NCBI GenBank assembly: GCA_947085365.1 | Contig: CAMTWD010000028.1 | Location: 1-42,035, forward strand | DNA: 42,035 nucleotides | Source of the DNA: an uncultured Nitrospirota bacterium | Lineage (GTDB): Bacteria > Nitrospirota > Thermodesulfovibrionia > Thermodesulfovibrionales > CALJEL01 | Direction: 5' to 3' | Part shown: positions 1-9,708 of the stretch, one piece after another | How positions within the stretch are numbered: the first letter of the stretch is position 1 | Layout: each line of letters starts with the position of its first letter | The notes under the pieces: model-generated | Seen by the model: the letters and a program-made list of their open reading frames with translations, nothing else | What the model was told of the DNA's origin: nothing | The model's database searches: none | Position numbers and translations under genes: made by a program

Positions 1-34
1 GGAATGCAAAAAAGGGAATAAAAGACCTCCTCAT
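1..34 (-). CDS. N-terminal fragment of a probable exported protein (runs off the window)
   Basis: ATG at 34 on the minus strand reads MRRSFIPFFAF, resembling a signal peptide; purine-rich GAGGGGGG lies upstream. Confidence 0.4.
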   Translation of the reverse strand, partial: MRRSFIPFFAF

Positions 35-262
35 CAAGACCCCCCTCTTTTAAAGTCTTAGACCCCTCCGGGGTCTTTAAAATTGTATCTTAAAACAAAG
101 GATTAAATCAAATTGCTCGTTGGTTAGGACATGGTATCCACACTCTTGGGTTTTAGGGAAGAATAGATCTAGTATATTCACTCATTTTTCTTCAGCCTTA
201 AGCCTATTTGGGGGAATGGGGTAAACCTGCACCTCCGAGGTGTTCACCAAGACTATATCTCC

Positions 263-2353
263 TTACCATCTCTTTGAAAGGCTTACGATGAGTGTATGAA
301 GCTCGCCGTCCTGAGAGTCATTCCTTCTGTCATTATAATCAACGAAAGAATACCTTACACCAGCCTCAAGACCCTTTTTTATCTCATAATCTGCCCTCAA
401 TGTAAGACCTGCCTCCCTTATATCAGCCTCTGGCTCAAGTTCCTTTATCGAAAGGAGATCTGATGTCAGAACCCCTGGAAGGTATCTGCCCCTACTTATG
501 GTATAGGTAAGATCAAGTCCTGTGTTGAGATAGGTTAAGGGAAGATAATTTATGGTCACTCCAAAAATATGGGATGTATCTCTGTAAAGGACATCCCTGT
601 CAAGATGATATTCAGGTGTTGTGCCTGTATTGTTGTAAAGGATATCCTGGATTGTCCTATTCCTGATATAGGAATAAATTGGTGAGAGAGTAAGCCTCTC
701 TGTTAAGAGAAGGTTGAGGCTTCCAAAGAATCTTTCCCTCTTTATATCCCTTTCACCTGTCTTTACCAGGCTGTTATCGTCTATATAATTAAGCTCCTTC
801 CTCTTCTGTAAGGCAATACTGTACATGAAAAGACCGCTCATCCATTTAAGTGGTCTCCCGTTAAGAGAAAACCTTGCCTCATCAGACCTGTCAGCTTCAT
901 TATTATAGGCAGGGGCATCGATCTCCTGATGGATAAACTTTGTCTTGAATTCAAGGCTATTAAGAGGTCTTATGTTCGCACTCAGGGAAAAGGTATTCTT
1001 TACAGTCTCTTTAGGAAGTTTCCATTCCCTGGAGTTTTCCCTCTCGATCCTCTCTCCTGAATATTCACCATAAAGGGTAAGGCCTCTCATAACCCTGTAT
1101 CTCACAGTACCTGCTACGGAATCTGTTGTGGAGCTTATTGAAGGCCTCACAGATATAGCTGAGCTGTAAGCAGGGTAACCAAGATAATTTACTGGAATAA
1201 ACTCAGGGTTATCTGTATCAGCCTTTCTGTGCCTGTATCTTAAAAAGAATGTGAGATTGGGATGAGGCATGTATTGAAGGTCACCCGCAGCAATTGTATA
1301 CTCAGCCTTTGTTCCACTCGTTTCATTCTTCCTTTCTGTCTTTGAAAGTGTGGCTGCTGCCACAATCTGTCCTGTATAGGAGGTATGGATCTTTAATGTA
1401 GTTGTTGAACCCCTGAGGTCAGGCATAAGGTTGTGGGGATAGAGATTATCACCATAAATATTCTCCAATATCCTCTCACCTCCTACATCAAGTCTCTTCT
1501 CCATGCGGGTCAGTTCCACCTCTATAGGGCCTACATGGGCATTTGTCCCTACTGTAACAGACCTGCTCTCCCACTCAATATTCCTTGGTAGGGCTACCCT
1601 GTTTAGAGGAAGATAACTGGAAAGAAACCTCTGCTGTATTGAGCCATCCCTCTTTATCAAAAGGGTATCAATAAAGAGATGAAAGGGATAATCAGGGGCC
1701 TTCAATCTGAGGAGAAGGCTTGAGATGGAGTTTGAGGTTCCATATCTCCTTCCCTGATCCATCTGCTGGACAGTATATCGATCAGAAGGCCCGGGATCAA
1801 TCAGAAGTATATTATCAAGATTATGATAGAGTCCCCTCGTGAGACCCCTTAAAAGGAGGAGATCCTTATAGGCATAGCGGATATCACCATAAAAGTCCTC
1901 TTTATTTAATACCTCAAACTCCAGATGAATCCTGTGAGGGAATGGAAAGGCCTTAAGAAATATCTCACTGCCTAAGGATGACTGAAGATATTGAAACTCA
2001 CCTGCCCTTACCGATCCCTTATGCCCTAAGAATAGATACTGGGGTTTTATAAAGAGCTCCGGAGCTATTTCAGGAAATTCATAGAGATACACAGGCTCTT
2101 CATACTCCTTTTCCTCACTCGGTGGCGAGGTAACAGTGGGGGGTCTCGCAGGGGGAAACTGCGTTTCCCCCTGTGTACCCCCAACAGTTGGTGGCGAGGT
2201 AACAGTTGGAGTCTCGGCACCAGCATAAGAAGGCAAAAGGAGGATCAGGATTATAAAAAGGAGGCTTATTCTCCTAAAAGGTGGAGATGTAGGTTCGCCC
2301 CTGCGAATATCTGGGGTGTAAATATTTGATGGCAGATGTAACAAACCCTTCAC
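263..2353 (-). CDS. Outer-membrane beta-barrel porin, MtrB/PioB-like partner of a decaheme cytochrome
   Basis: Signal peptide, amphipathic beta-strand pattern, C-terminal aromatic residue (LSKRW), translational coupling to the decaheme gene; carries an in-frame repeat insert just after the signal peptide. Confidence 0.75.
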   Translation of the reverse strand: MKGLLHLPSNIYTPDIRRGEPTSPPFRRISLLFIILILLLPSYAGAETPTVTSPPTVGGTQGETQFPPARPPTVTSPPSEEKEYEEPVYLYEFPEIAPELFIKPQYLFLGHKGSVRAGEFQYLQSSLGSEIFLKAFPFPHRIHLEFEVLNKEDFYGDIRYAYKDLLLLRGLTRGLYHNLDNILLIDPGPSDRYTVQQMDQGRRYGTSNSISSLLLRLKAPDYPFHLFIDTLLIKRDGSIQQRFLSSYLPLNRVALPRNIEWESRSVTVGTNAHVGPIEVELTRMEKRLDVGGERILENIYGDNLYPHNLMPDLRGSTTTLKIHTSYTGQIVAAATLSKTERKNETSGTKAEYTIAAGDLQYMPHPNLTFFLRYRHRKADTDNPEFIPVNYLGYPAYSSAISVRPSISSTTDSVAGTVRYRVMRGLTLYGEYSGERIERENSREWKLPKETVKNTFSLSANIRPLNSLEFKTKFIHQEIDAPAYNNEADRSDEARFSLNGRPLKWMSGLFMYSIALQKRKELNYIDDNSLVKTGERDIKRERFFGSLNLLLTERLTLSPIYSYIRNRTIQDILYNNTGTTPEYHLDRDVLYRDTSHIFGVTINYLPLTYLNTGLDLTYTISRGRYLPGVLTSDLLSIKELEPEADIREAGLTLRADYEIKKGLEAGVRYSFVDYNDRRNDSQDGELHTLIVSLSKRW
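2121..2207 (+). repeat. Composite element: 18-bp repeat, GC hairpin, 18-bp repeat (in frame in the porin gene)
   Basis: GGTGGCGAGGTAACAGT at 2121 and 2190 flanking the hairpin at 2138-2182. Confidence 0.95.
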
Positions 2354-3375
2354 TGGATAAATCTCCCCTTTCCGCTCTGGGATGGGATATCAGAACCATG
2401 TATCCTTGAATGGCAGTCGGTGCACCTGCCATAAAAGGTGACCACTCTTTCCTTATCAGGACTCGACGAGATCCTGTGACCCTCGTGACACTGAAGACAG
2501 AGGAAGGGTTCCCGTGCTACAAGGAGATTATTATTCACAGAGCCATGGGGGAGATGACAGTTAAGACAGTTCTCCATAAGCTCTGCATGTTCATAAACAA
2601 AGGGACCCTCCTTGTCTGCATGACATTGAGTACACTGTTCCTTCACACCCTTTCTCAAAAGCTTTTCAGGGATATCTCCGTGGGGATTATGGCAGTCATT
2701 GCAGAAGACCTTATTCTCAGGGACAGGGTGGTGGCTGGGTAGCATAAATTCTGCCCTTATATTACTGTGGCACCTGTAACACATGGAGGCAGTCTCCTTC
2801 GGACTAACGATAAGGTCAGGACCGGCATGGATCCTGTGACAGTCTGAGCAGGAGACATCATTTATTGCATGGGCTGAACTGTTCCACTGGTGAAGATTAA
2901 ATGTGGCATTGGAGGTATGACATTTAAGACATATGAGGGAAAGGGCTGGTGGAGGAAGCCTCCTCCAGTCAATAAGTGTCTCATAATTACATTTTGTCTC
3001 AATGCCCCTCTTTCTGTCCTCCTCAACCTTCTCAGGGGTGATGCCCTCTATGGCAAGACTTCCAGGGCCATGGCAGGATTCACAATCCACAATAGGCATC
3101 CCCGATTTCCTTGAAAGCTGTGCACCCATTGTGCTTGCCTCAAAATCACGCCTTATCTTATCGTGGCTATGACATGCTGACAGACACCTGTCTGTTCCTA
3201 CATACTGGGCATCAATCCTTCCTGCTATTAATCTTTCATATTCCTTAATTGGAATGATCGGCTTTGAAACCTTGAGGGCCTCACACCCAGCTAAGGCAAT
3301 AATTAAAATAGAGAATACAAGGATCACCCCTTTATATATACCTGATTCCTCAAATATGTGTCTGAACACACTCAT
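2350..3375 (-). CDS. DmsE/MtrA-family decaheme c-type cytochrome (lipoprotein)
   Basis: 9 CxxCH plus 1 CxxxCH (CLSACH); LAGC lipobox; family motifs SHHPV, GPFVYEH, CHxPHGS, IHGSD. Confidence 0.9.
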   Translation of the reverse strand: MSVFRHIFEESGIYKGVILVFSILIIALAGCEALKVSKPIIPIKEYERLIAGRIDAQYVGTDRCLSACHSHDKIRRDFEASTMGAQLSRKSGMPIVDCESCHGPGSLAIEGITPEKVEEDRKRGIETKCNYETLIDWRRLPPPALSLICLKCHTSNATFNLHQWNSSAHAINDVSCSDCHRIHAGPDLIVSPKETASMCYRCHSNIRAEFMLPSHHPVPENKVFCNDCHNPHGDIPEKLLRKGVKEQCTQCHADKEGPFVYEHAELMENCLNCHLPHGSVNNNLLVAREPFLCLQCHEGHRISSSPDKERVVTFYGRCTDCHSRIHGSDIPSQSGKGRFIQ

Positions 3376-3380
3376 TACAA

Positions 3381-3397
3381 ACCCTTACCTTGCCACT
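3381..3397 (-). repeat. Degenerate 18-bp repeat, intergenic
   Basis: ACCCTTACCTTGCCACT. Confidence 0.5.
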
Positions 3398-3403
3398 AAA
3401 TCC

Positions 3404-4771
3404 TCACTGATATATTATAGCTGTTCTATCATTTCTGGAAGGTCTGGGAACGGGTGGTGCTATCCCAAGGGCTATACAGGAATCATAAAGGAGCTGTGCG
3501 GCATAAGGATAATTATGGACATAGGCACCTGGCTCCTTATTTACAAAGTGGAGATTGAAGGCAGCTATCAGTTCGCTCTCCTTCCACTGGGTAACCCTGT
3601 TCGGGAAGATCTGTTGTTGTGGATCAGAGGTTCTGAAAAAATAGGGGAAGCGGGAAGGATTATAAAAGATACCCCGGTTTGCAAGTTCATTGATTATAGC
3701 AGTCTTCAGATCCTCAAGTACCTTCCTTCTGCCATAGACATCAAAGTCTTCAAGGCCTGGATGACAGTTCCTGCATAGAGAGATATTCTTTTTTGTACCA
3801 TTTTCCATATAAAAGGTATGACCACCAAGGTCCTCATCCTCTGATTCTGCCATATGGCACCCTGTGCAGGACATAACCTGATGCTGAAAGATTCCCTGAG
3901 AGTAATGACCTGAAAAGGTCTTTCCGAACTCGCCTCCCTTGAATTCATATCCCTTGAGGCTGAAGAGCATCGCACCTGCTGGAAGGTAATGGGGATCGAC
4001 AAATGTAAGGTTGGTGATCAACTCATCAATATCATTGTAGGGATCAACATTTTTACTTACCATGGTCTTATAAAGGCTCCATCCACTCTGCATTCCCTGA
4101 TGGCAGGTTATGCATGTAGCTGAGAGACCTGCATCTATCGTGGCATCAAAGACCTCCGTTGTGCCACTTCCACTTACAAGTTTTATCTCTCCTGTCTTCC
4201 TTAATCTCTTATCTTCAGGGGATGGATAAGCCTGTGCATCGTGGCAGGAGTTACAGGTTATGTGATGGGAATATATTTCAGTGGTTGGTGGATTCCATGA
4301 AGGATAACTTGTGTTACTGCTATCAACATAGTTTGCATACCCTATGCCTGAATGACACCTGAGGCAGACTCCTCCATCACGAACATTAGTAAAGGGAAAA
4401 GTAAAGGCTCGTGAGGTAATATCTGCATGGCCTGATTTATACCACTCTCTTATAATCTTCGATTCGGTCTTATGATAATTATGACAGCTTCCGTAACAGG
4501 CATCTCCACTTCCCTTCAAAAGATAACCCATGCCCTCTGGAGCCCACGAGAGAGGTGTATCAAGGAGATAACCTTCAATCTGGCCTGGTGCTAAAGGATT
4601 ATCATAATCATAATGGGTATCTTCTATATGAGTACTGTGACATTTAAGGCAGTCCTGAGAGGTTACCTGAAAGATACCTCCAACCTCTTTATACTCCTCA
4701 CCTCCGCTACAGGCAAAAAGAGTTGCAAAGATCAAAAACTCAATAATTATTATCCTGCCATGCATCTTCAC
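3404..4771 (-). CDS. Multiheme c-type cytochrome lipoprotein (about 7 hemes), OmcB/OmcC-like C-terminus
   Basis: 6 CxxCH plus CYGSCH; LFAC lipobox; C-terminal AAFNL..EPGAYVHN..YAAQLLYDS motif. Confidence 0.8.
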   Translation of the reverse strand: MKMHGRIIIIEFLIFATLFACSGGEEYKEVGGIFQVTSQDCLKCHSTHIEDTHYDYDNPLAPGQIEGYLLDTPLSWAPEGMGYLLKGSGDACYGSCHNYHKTESKIIREWYKSGHADITSRAFTFPFTNVRDGGVCLRCHSGIGYANYVDSSNTSYPSWNPPTTEIYSHHITCNSCHDAQAYPSPEDKRLRKTGEIKLVSGSGTTEVFDATIDAGLSATCITCHQGMQSGWSLYKTMVSKNVDPYNDIDELITNLTFVDPHYLPAGAMLFSLKGYEFKGGEFGKTFSGHYSQGIFQHQVMSCTGCHMAESEDEDLGGHTFYMENGTKKNISLCRNCHPGLEDFDVYGRRKVLEDLKTAIINELANRGIFYNPSRFPYFFRTSDPQQQIFPNRVTQWKESELIAAFNLHFVNKEPGAYVHNYPYAAQLLYDSCIALGIAPPVPRPSRNDRTAIIYQ

Positions 4772-4794
4772 CTGATAAGATAATGAAATCCCTC

Positions 4795-5268
4795 TTATAT
4801 GTCAAGAAATTTCTTGCACCTCTTTATTATCTCTGTTGTGGATATGCCCTCTACATAAGGAAGGCTCAGGGTCTTCTCTACAAGGTCAGAACCTACTATC
4901 TCCTCCACCTTCCAGTCTCCACCTTTCACAAGGATGTGGGGTCTCAAAAATCTTATCATCTCGTAGGGGGTATCCTCTTCAAATATAACAACATAGTCCA
5001 CCATCTCAAGACTGCTCAGGACCTCAGCACGATCGTCCTCCGGATTTATGGGCCTTCCTGGTTTTAGCCTTCTTACAGAATTATCAGAATTGAGTCCCAC
5101 AACGAGTATATCCCCCAGTTCCTTTGCCTGCCTCAGATACCTCACATGACCTTTATGAAGGATATCAAAACATCCATTTGTAAATACAATCCTCTTACCC
5201 AAGGCCTTTGCCTCATTAAGGAGATCCCTTAACTCCTCAGAAAACCCTCGGTATATCTTCTTCCTCAT
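4795..5268 (-). CDS. rfaE2: D-glycero-beta-D-manno-heptose 1-phosphate adenylyltransferase
   Basis: [30 protein letters not shown] motifs. Confidence 0.93.
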   Translation of the reverse strand: MRKKIYRGFSEELRDLLNEAKALGKRIVFTNGCFDILHKGHVRYLRQAKELGDILVVGLNSDNSVRRLKPGRPINPEDDRAEVLSSLEMVDYVVIFEEDTPYEMIRFLRPHILVKGGDWKVEEIVGSDLVEKTLSLPYVEGISTTEIIKRCKKFLDI

Positions 5269-5272
5269 CCCA

Positions 5273-5289
5273 ACTGTTACCTCGCCACT
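5273..5289 (-). repeat. 18-bp repeat upstream of rfaE2
   Basis: ACTGTTACCTCGCCACT. Confidence 0.9.
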
Positions 5290-5293
5290 AAGA

Positions 5294-5423
5294 TAGGCTT
5301 AAGGCTTTAGGCTGAAGGCTGAAGAAGAGAGAAAGAAGACAGAAATTATTTCATCTTTTTGTCTTTAACTTCAGCCTATCGCCTTCGGCCTTCAGCCTAA
5401 TTATTGCCTATCGCCTTCAGCCT
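5294..5423. repeat. Inverted heptamer arrays, (A/T)AGGCT(G/T)n ... (CTTCAGC)n
   Basis: TAGGCTT AAGGCTT TAGGCTG AAGGCTG AAG versus CTTCAGC CTATCGC CTTCGGC CTTCAGC CTA. Confidence 0.8.
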
Positions 5424-5426
5424 CAT

Positions 5427-5879
5427 CTACCTCGCCGCCATTAGCAGATCCCTTGCCTTTTTAAGGATCTCCCTGTCTGTCTTATAAGAGGCCTTTTTAA
5501 GGGCCTCCTCAAGGGGTATCCATATCACCTCCTCAATCTCCCAGTCATGGTCCTCAGGAGAACCACTCTGATATCTCATGAGATAGTAATGGACAGTCTT
5601 TTTATACCGTGTGTTTTCATCCTTTATGTAAAACCAGTAGGAGACCTCACCAATCTTTTTTATAATTTCTCCAGTCATCCCTGTCTCCTCCCTTACCTCC
5701 CTTAGGGCTGTTGCCTCTGGATCCTCTCCCCTGTCTATAAGGCCCTTCGGAAGGGTAAGAACCCTCTTGTTCTTTGGAATAATCATGGCAACCATTATCC
5801 CTCCATCAACCTCCTTGAAAAGGACGCCTCCTGAGGAGTGCATTATCCTTAGAGAGGCTGGCCTATCTTTTCTGGACAT
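5427..5879 (-). CDS. NUDIX hydrolase (start may be the ATG at 5843)
   Basis: Nudix box LPKGLIDRGEDPEATALREVREETG. Confidence 0.9.
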   Translation of the reverse strand: MSRKDRPASLRIMHSSGGVLFKEVDGGIMVAMIIPKNKRVLTLPKGLIDRGEDPEATALREVREETGMTGEIIKKIGEVSYWFYIKDENTRYKKTVHYYLMRYQSGSPEDHDWEIEEVIWIPLEEALKKASYKTDREILKKARDLLMAAR

Positions 5880-6948
5880 CAGGTATCTCCTTACCCTGTA
5901 GAAGCCTCATGATGTCATTATAAAAGGCGACTGTAATAAGGAGGATGATTATGGCAAGACCTATCCTCTGGGCTATCGAGATAGTCCTCTCACTCAGTGG
6001 TCTTCCCCTTAATTTCTCTACAAGATAAAAAAGGAGATGACCTCCATCAAGGATGGGAATTGGCAGAAGATTCAAGACCCCAAGGTTTATGCTTATAATG
6101 GCCATAAATGCAAAGAATGTGATGATCCCTGATTCAGCAGACCTCTTTGCCACATCAAGTATCATTATGGGTCCTCCGATGGTCTCAAGGGGAATTACCC
6201 TCTGGATCAATTTTATTATGGAAAGCCCAATAAGATAGATCACCTCACCAGTCTTCAGGAATCCCTGTATTATTGCTGATAGAGGATCCAGTCTTCTAAT
6301 GATGGTCCTCTCTGAGGGTTTGATTCCGATAAGACCGACCTCTATCTCCTCTCCAAAGAGATTCTTCACCTTCTCTTTTCTGGGAACAACTGTGACATAA
6401 AAGGTATCAGTTGCCCTCTTCACTGTAAGCCTCAGGGGAACACCCGCCTTTTTCTGAATCCTTTCAGTTACCTCATCCCAGGATCTCACTTCCATCCCAT
6501 CTATCTCGATTATCCTGTCCCCTGGCTGAAGACCTGCCTTTTCTGCAGGAGAATCCTTTATCACCTCACCAATCTCAGAGGAGGGCACAGGTGCCCCTAT
6601 CATATAGATAATTGCAAAGAGCGGGACAGCAAGCAAGAGATTAAAGAGAGGACCGGAGAATACTATAAAGGCCCTCGTTGATAGAGGCTTATGGGAAAAG
6701 GAGAAGGCCTTTTCTTGAGGAGGAATCTCCTCACCAGGCTCCTCTCCGTACATCTTTACATATCCACCAAGGGGTATGGCACTTATAAGATATTCTGTCT
6801 CACCCCTTTTCATCCCTATAACCCTTGGCCCGAATCCGATGGAGAACTTCAGTACCCTTACCCCTGAAATCCTCGCAGCAATGAAATGCCCAAGCTCATG
6901 GAAAAAGATAACAATACCCAGCAAAAGTATTGCATAAAGGAATGTCAT
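5863..6948 (-). CDS. rseP: RIP metalloprotease RseP
   Basis: HELGH, PDZ domain, NLLPIPILDGGH; lies next to dxr. Confidence 0.95.
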   Translation of the reverse strand: MTFLYAILLLGIVIFFHELGHFIAARISGVRVLKFSIGFGPRVIGMKRGETEYLISAIPLGGYVKMYGEEPGEEIPPQEKAFSFSHKPLSTRAFIVFSGPLFNLLLAVPLFAIIYMIGAPVPSSEIGEVIKDSPAEKAGLQPGDRIIEIDGMEVRSWDEVTERIQKKAGVPLRLTVKRATDTFYVTVVPRKEKVKNLFGEEIEVGLIGIKPSERTIIRRLDPLSAIIQGFLKTGEVIYLIGLSIIKLIQRVIPLETIGGPIMILDVAKRSAESGIITFFAFMAIISINLGVLNLLPIPILDGGHLLFYLVEKLRGRPLSERTISIAQRIGLAIIILLITVAFYNDIMRLLQGKEIPDVQKR

Positions 6949-6950
6949 TC

Positions 6951-8105
6951 TTAACCCCCTATAATCCTCCTGGCTTCATCCCTTGCCCATCTATCAGCCT
7001 CAAGGACTTCCTCTATAGAATTACAGGTCATCTTATGATGCCTCTGCATAACCTTTTCGATAATTAAGGGTATATCGTTAAATCCTATCCTCTCCTTTAA
7101 AAAGGCCTCCACAGCAACCTCATTTGCAGCATTCAATACTGAAGGCATCGTCCCTCCTTCCCTCAGGGCAGTATAGGCAAGCTCAAGGCATGGAAAGGCC
7201 TCCTTATCAGGTAATTCAAAGGTGAGGCTCTTCAGGACGCCAAAGTTAAGGGATTCCACAACCCCAGAAAGCCTCTCGGGATAAGAAAGGGCATAGGCAA
7301 TAGGCCCTTTCATATCAGGTCTTGATAGCTGGGCAATAATTGTTCCATCGTTGAACTCCACCATGGAATGGATGATGCTTTCAGGATGTATAATCACCTC
7401 TATCCTCTCAGGGGGTATCCCGAAAAGCCAGTATGCCTCAATAACCTCAAGTCCCTTATTCATGAGGGTTGCTGAGTCAATGGTGATCTTTGCTCCCATC
7501 TTCCAGTTGGGATGCCTCAAGGCCTCCTCGACCCTTACAGAACTGAGTTCCTTTTTAGACATTCCTCTAAAGGGGCCACCTGAGGCAGTAAGGATGAGCC
7601 TCCTTATCTCAGATCGATTCCTTCCCTCAAGGCACTGAAAGAGGGCAGAATGTTCACTATCAACGGGGATAATCTTTGCAGAACTCTTCCTCGCCTCCTC
7701 AATAACAATCTTCCCTGCTATAACGAGTGTCTCCTTGTTTGCAAGGCCTACCGTCTTTCCCTCCTTTATTGCTGAATAGGTGGGGAGAAGCCCTGCTGCA
7801 CCAACTATAGCTGATATAACAAAGTCTGCCTCATCCATTGTGGCCACCTCAATAAGTCCCTCAAGACCGGAGAGGACCATTACAGGAGCACCGTTGCCCA
7901 ACTCCGCAGTTAACCTCTCAGCGCACTCCCTCTCATAAACAGCAACCAGCTGAGGAGAAAACCTCTCTATCTGCTCCTTCAAAAGGGAGAGGTTTCCCCG
8001 AGCTGCAAGCCCTACCACCCTGAACCTATCCCTGTTGAGCCCTATTATCTCAAGGGTGCTCTTTCCTATTGAACCTGTTGAACCAAGTATGCTTATCCTT
8101 TTCAC
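6951..8105 (-). CDS. dxr: 1-deoxy-D-xylulose-5-phosphate reductoisomerase
   Basis: ILGSTGSIG, LANKE, PVDSEH, TASGGPF, NAANE; the GTG start overlaps an 18-bp repeat. Confidence 0.97.
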   Translation of the reverse strand: MKRISILGSTGSIGKSTLEIIGLNRDRFRVVGLAARGNLSLLKEQIERFSPQLVAVYERECAERLTAELGNGAPVMVLSGLEGLIEVATMDEADFVISAIVGAAGLLPTYSAIKEGKTVGLANKETLVIAGKIVIEEARKSSAKIIPVDSEHSALFQCLEGRNRSEIRRLILTASGGPFRGMSKKELSSVRVEEALRHPNWKMGAKITIDSATLMNKGLEVIEAYWLFGIPPERIEVIIHPESIIHSMVEFNDGTIIAQLSRPDMKGPIAYALSYPERLSGVVESLNFGVLKSLTFELPDKEAFPCLELAYTALREGGTMPSVLNAANEVAVEAFLKERIGFNDIPLIIEKVMQRHHKMTCNSIEEVLEADRWARDEARRIIGG

Positions 8106-8120
8106 TGTTAGTTCGCCACC
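8104..8120 (-). repeat. 18-bp repeat overlapping the dxr start
   Basis: ACTGTTAGTTCGCCACC. Confidence 0.85.
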
Positions 8121-8144
8121 AATAATAGGCTGAGTCTTTTCAGT

Positions 8145-8972
8145 CTATCTCATGTAGAGATACCAGTAGACAAAAGGAGCAACCACAAGGGTTGAATCTA
8201 TCTTATCAAGGACTCCCCCATGTCCTGGGATCAGTCTGCTCGAATCTTTTACTCCAGCATCCCTTTTATACATGGATTCCACAAGGTCACCAGCCACAGA
8301 TAATCCTCCTATTATAATACCAAGAATCAACAGGTCTGATCTCTGAGGTCCACTGAAAAGACCTGGGGGCTTCAGGATAAGCCCCAGGATAATGGAACCA
8401 ATAACTCCTCCTATCACTGATGCAATGGCACCTTCCACTGTCTTTTTCGGACTCACCTCAGGGTAGAGTCTCCTCTTTCCCAGGTATGTGCCCACATAAT
8501 AGGCTGAGCTATCGCATAACCATATCGTGCCATAAAGATATATTATCCACTCAGGGCCTAAGTGCCTTAGGCCGAGCTGAAAACTCATGAGACCAATGAT
8601 ATAGAAAAGCCCCAGGAGTGTAATCCCTGTATCCCTCATACTCATAGAAGGGTCTCTTCTGGAGATGAGCCTGTAAAGGGCTATGAGAATAAAGGAGAAG
8701 ACAAAGGTACTGAAGAGATCTGAAAAAAAAAGGAATGGCTGATCCTTAGTAACAGTTGAGGAAAATCCTTTATATGCCCTGTTAAGGATCAAGATGCCAA
8801 GAAAGAGGCCAATCACCGTAAGACCTGTCCCCAGACGGGCCATCCTGTAGAATTCATAAAGACTGAGGAGGGCAACAATACTGAGAAGGGCAAAGAAATA
8901 TCCCTCTTCAAGTTTCATCACATAAAGATAGAAAAGTGGGATGAATATAACTGCCACTATCAGCCTTTTCAT
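8145..8972 (-). CDS. cdsA: Phosphatidate cytidylyltransferase
   Basis: SPKKTVEG, GDLVESMYKRDAGVKDS..IPGHGGVLDKIDS. Confidence 0.95.
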   Translation of the reverse strand: MKRLIVAVIFIPLFYLYVMKLEEGYFFALLSIVALLSLYEFYRMARLGTGLTVIGLFLGILILNRAYKGFSSTVTKDQPFLFFSDLFSTFVFSFILIALYRLISRRDPSMSMRDTGITLLGLFYIIGLMSFQLGLRHLGPEWIIYLYGTIWLCDSSAYYVGTYLGKRRLYPEVSPKKTVEGAIASVIGGVIGSIILGLILKPPGLFSGPQRSDLLILGIIIGGLSVAGDLVESMYKRDAGVKDSSRLIPGHGGVLDKIDSTLVVAPFVYWYLYMR

Positions 8973-8982
8973 TTAATTCACC

Positions 8983-9693
8983 TCATATCCCCCCAAATCT
9001 CCTCTCCCTTCTTTGGAAGTCCTGTATTGCCTCAAAAAATTCCTCCTTCGTAAAATCAGGCCAGAGTGTATCAGTAAAATAGAATTCAGCATAGGCAGAC
9101 TGATAAAGGAGAAAATTGCTGATCCGTTTCTCTCCCGATGTCCTTATGATGAGATCTGGATCGGGTATACCTGCTGTATCGAGGTAATTTTTGAAGCCCT
9201 CTTCATCAATAGAATCAGGGGCAGGCCTCTCCATAAGAATCCTTCTTACAGCCCTGATAATCTCATCCCTTCCACCATAACTGAGGCAGAGGTTTAAGTT
9301 CATTGCATTTCCACCAGCTGTGTAATCTTCTGTATCAGTAATGAGCTTCATTATGTCAGGAGGTATCATGGCCCTGTTGCCAATTACCCTGAAGCTTATG
9401 CCCCTTTTTTTCATATCTTCTCTTTCTTTCTGGAGATATTCCTTCAATAATTCCATGAGGGTAAAGACCTCATCCCGAGGTCTGCGCCAGTTCTCCAGAG
9501 AGAAGGCATAAAGGGTAAGGTTTTCAAGCCCTATATCAAAGGAGGCCTCTATTATCTCCTTTGCCCTCTGTGCACCCCTCCTGTGGCCTTCTGTCCTTGG
9601 TATGCCCCTTAACTCCGCCCATCTCCCATTTCCATCCATTATTATAGCTATATGCTTAGGAAGTCCCCTCACTGTTACCTCGCCACTAGGCAC
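8983..9693 (-). CDS. uppS: Undecaprenyl diphosphate synthase (alternative GTG start at 9672)
   Basis: HIAIIMDGNGRWA, FSLENW, DLIIRTSGEKRISNFLL. Confidence 0.96.
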   Translation of the reverse strand: MPSGEVTVRGLPKHIAIIMDGNGRWAELRGIPRTEGHRRGAQRAKEIIEASFDIGLENLTLYAFSLENWRRPRDEVFTLMELLKEYLQKEREDMKKRGISFRVIGNRAMIPPDIMKLITDTEDYTAGGNAMNLNLCLSYGGRDEIIRAVRRILMERPAPDSIDEEGFKNYLDTAGIPDPDLIIRTSGEKRISNFLLYQSAYAEFYFTDTLWPDFTKEEFFEAIQDFQRRERRFGGI

Positions 9694-9708
9694 TGTTAAC
9701 TCGCCACC
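9671..9708 (-). repeat. Two 18-bp repeats (21-nt period) at the uppS start
   Basis: ACTGTTACCTCGCCACT and ACTGTTAACTCGCCACC. Confidence 0.9.

Noticed and set aside
60-76. Hairpin AGACCCC-tcc-GGGGTCT as a terminator or riboswitch
   Set aside because: Short stem, weak U-tract, and no recognisable aptamer.
2187-2194. GTTGGTGG within tandem copies as a Chi-like or KOPS-like polar motif
   Set aside because: There is no strand polarity across the window, and the conserved unit is much longer than a Chi site.
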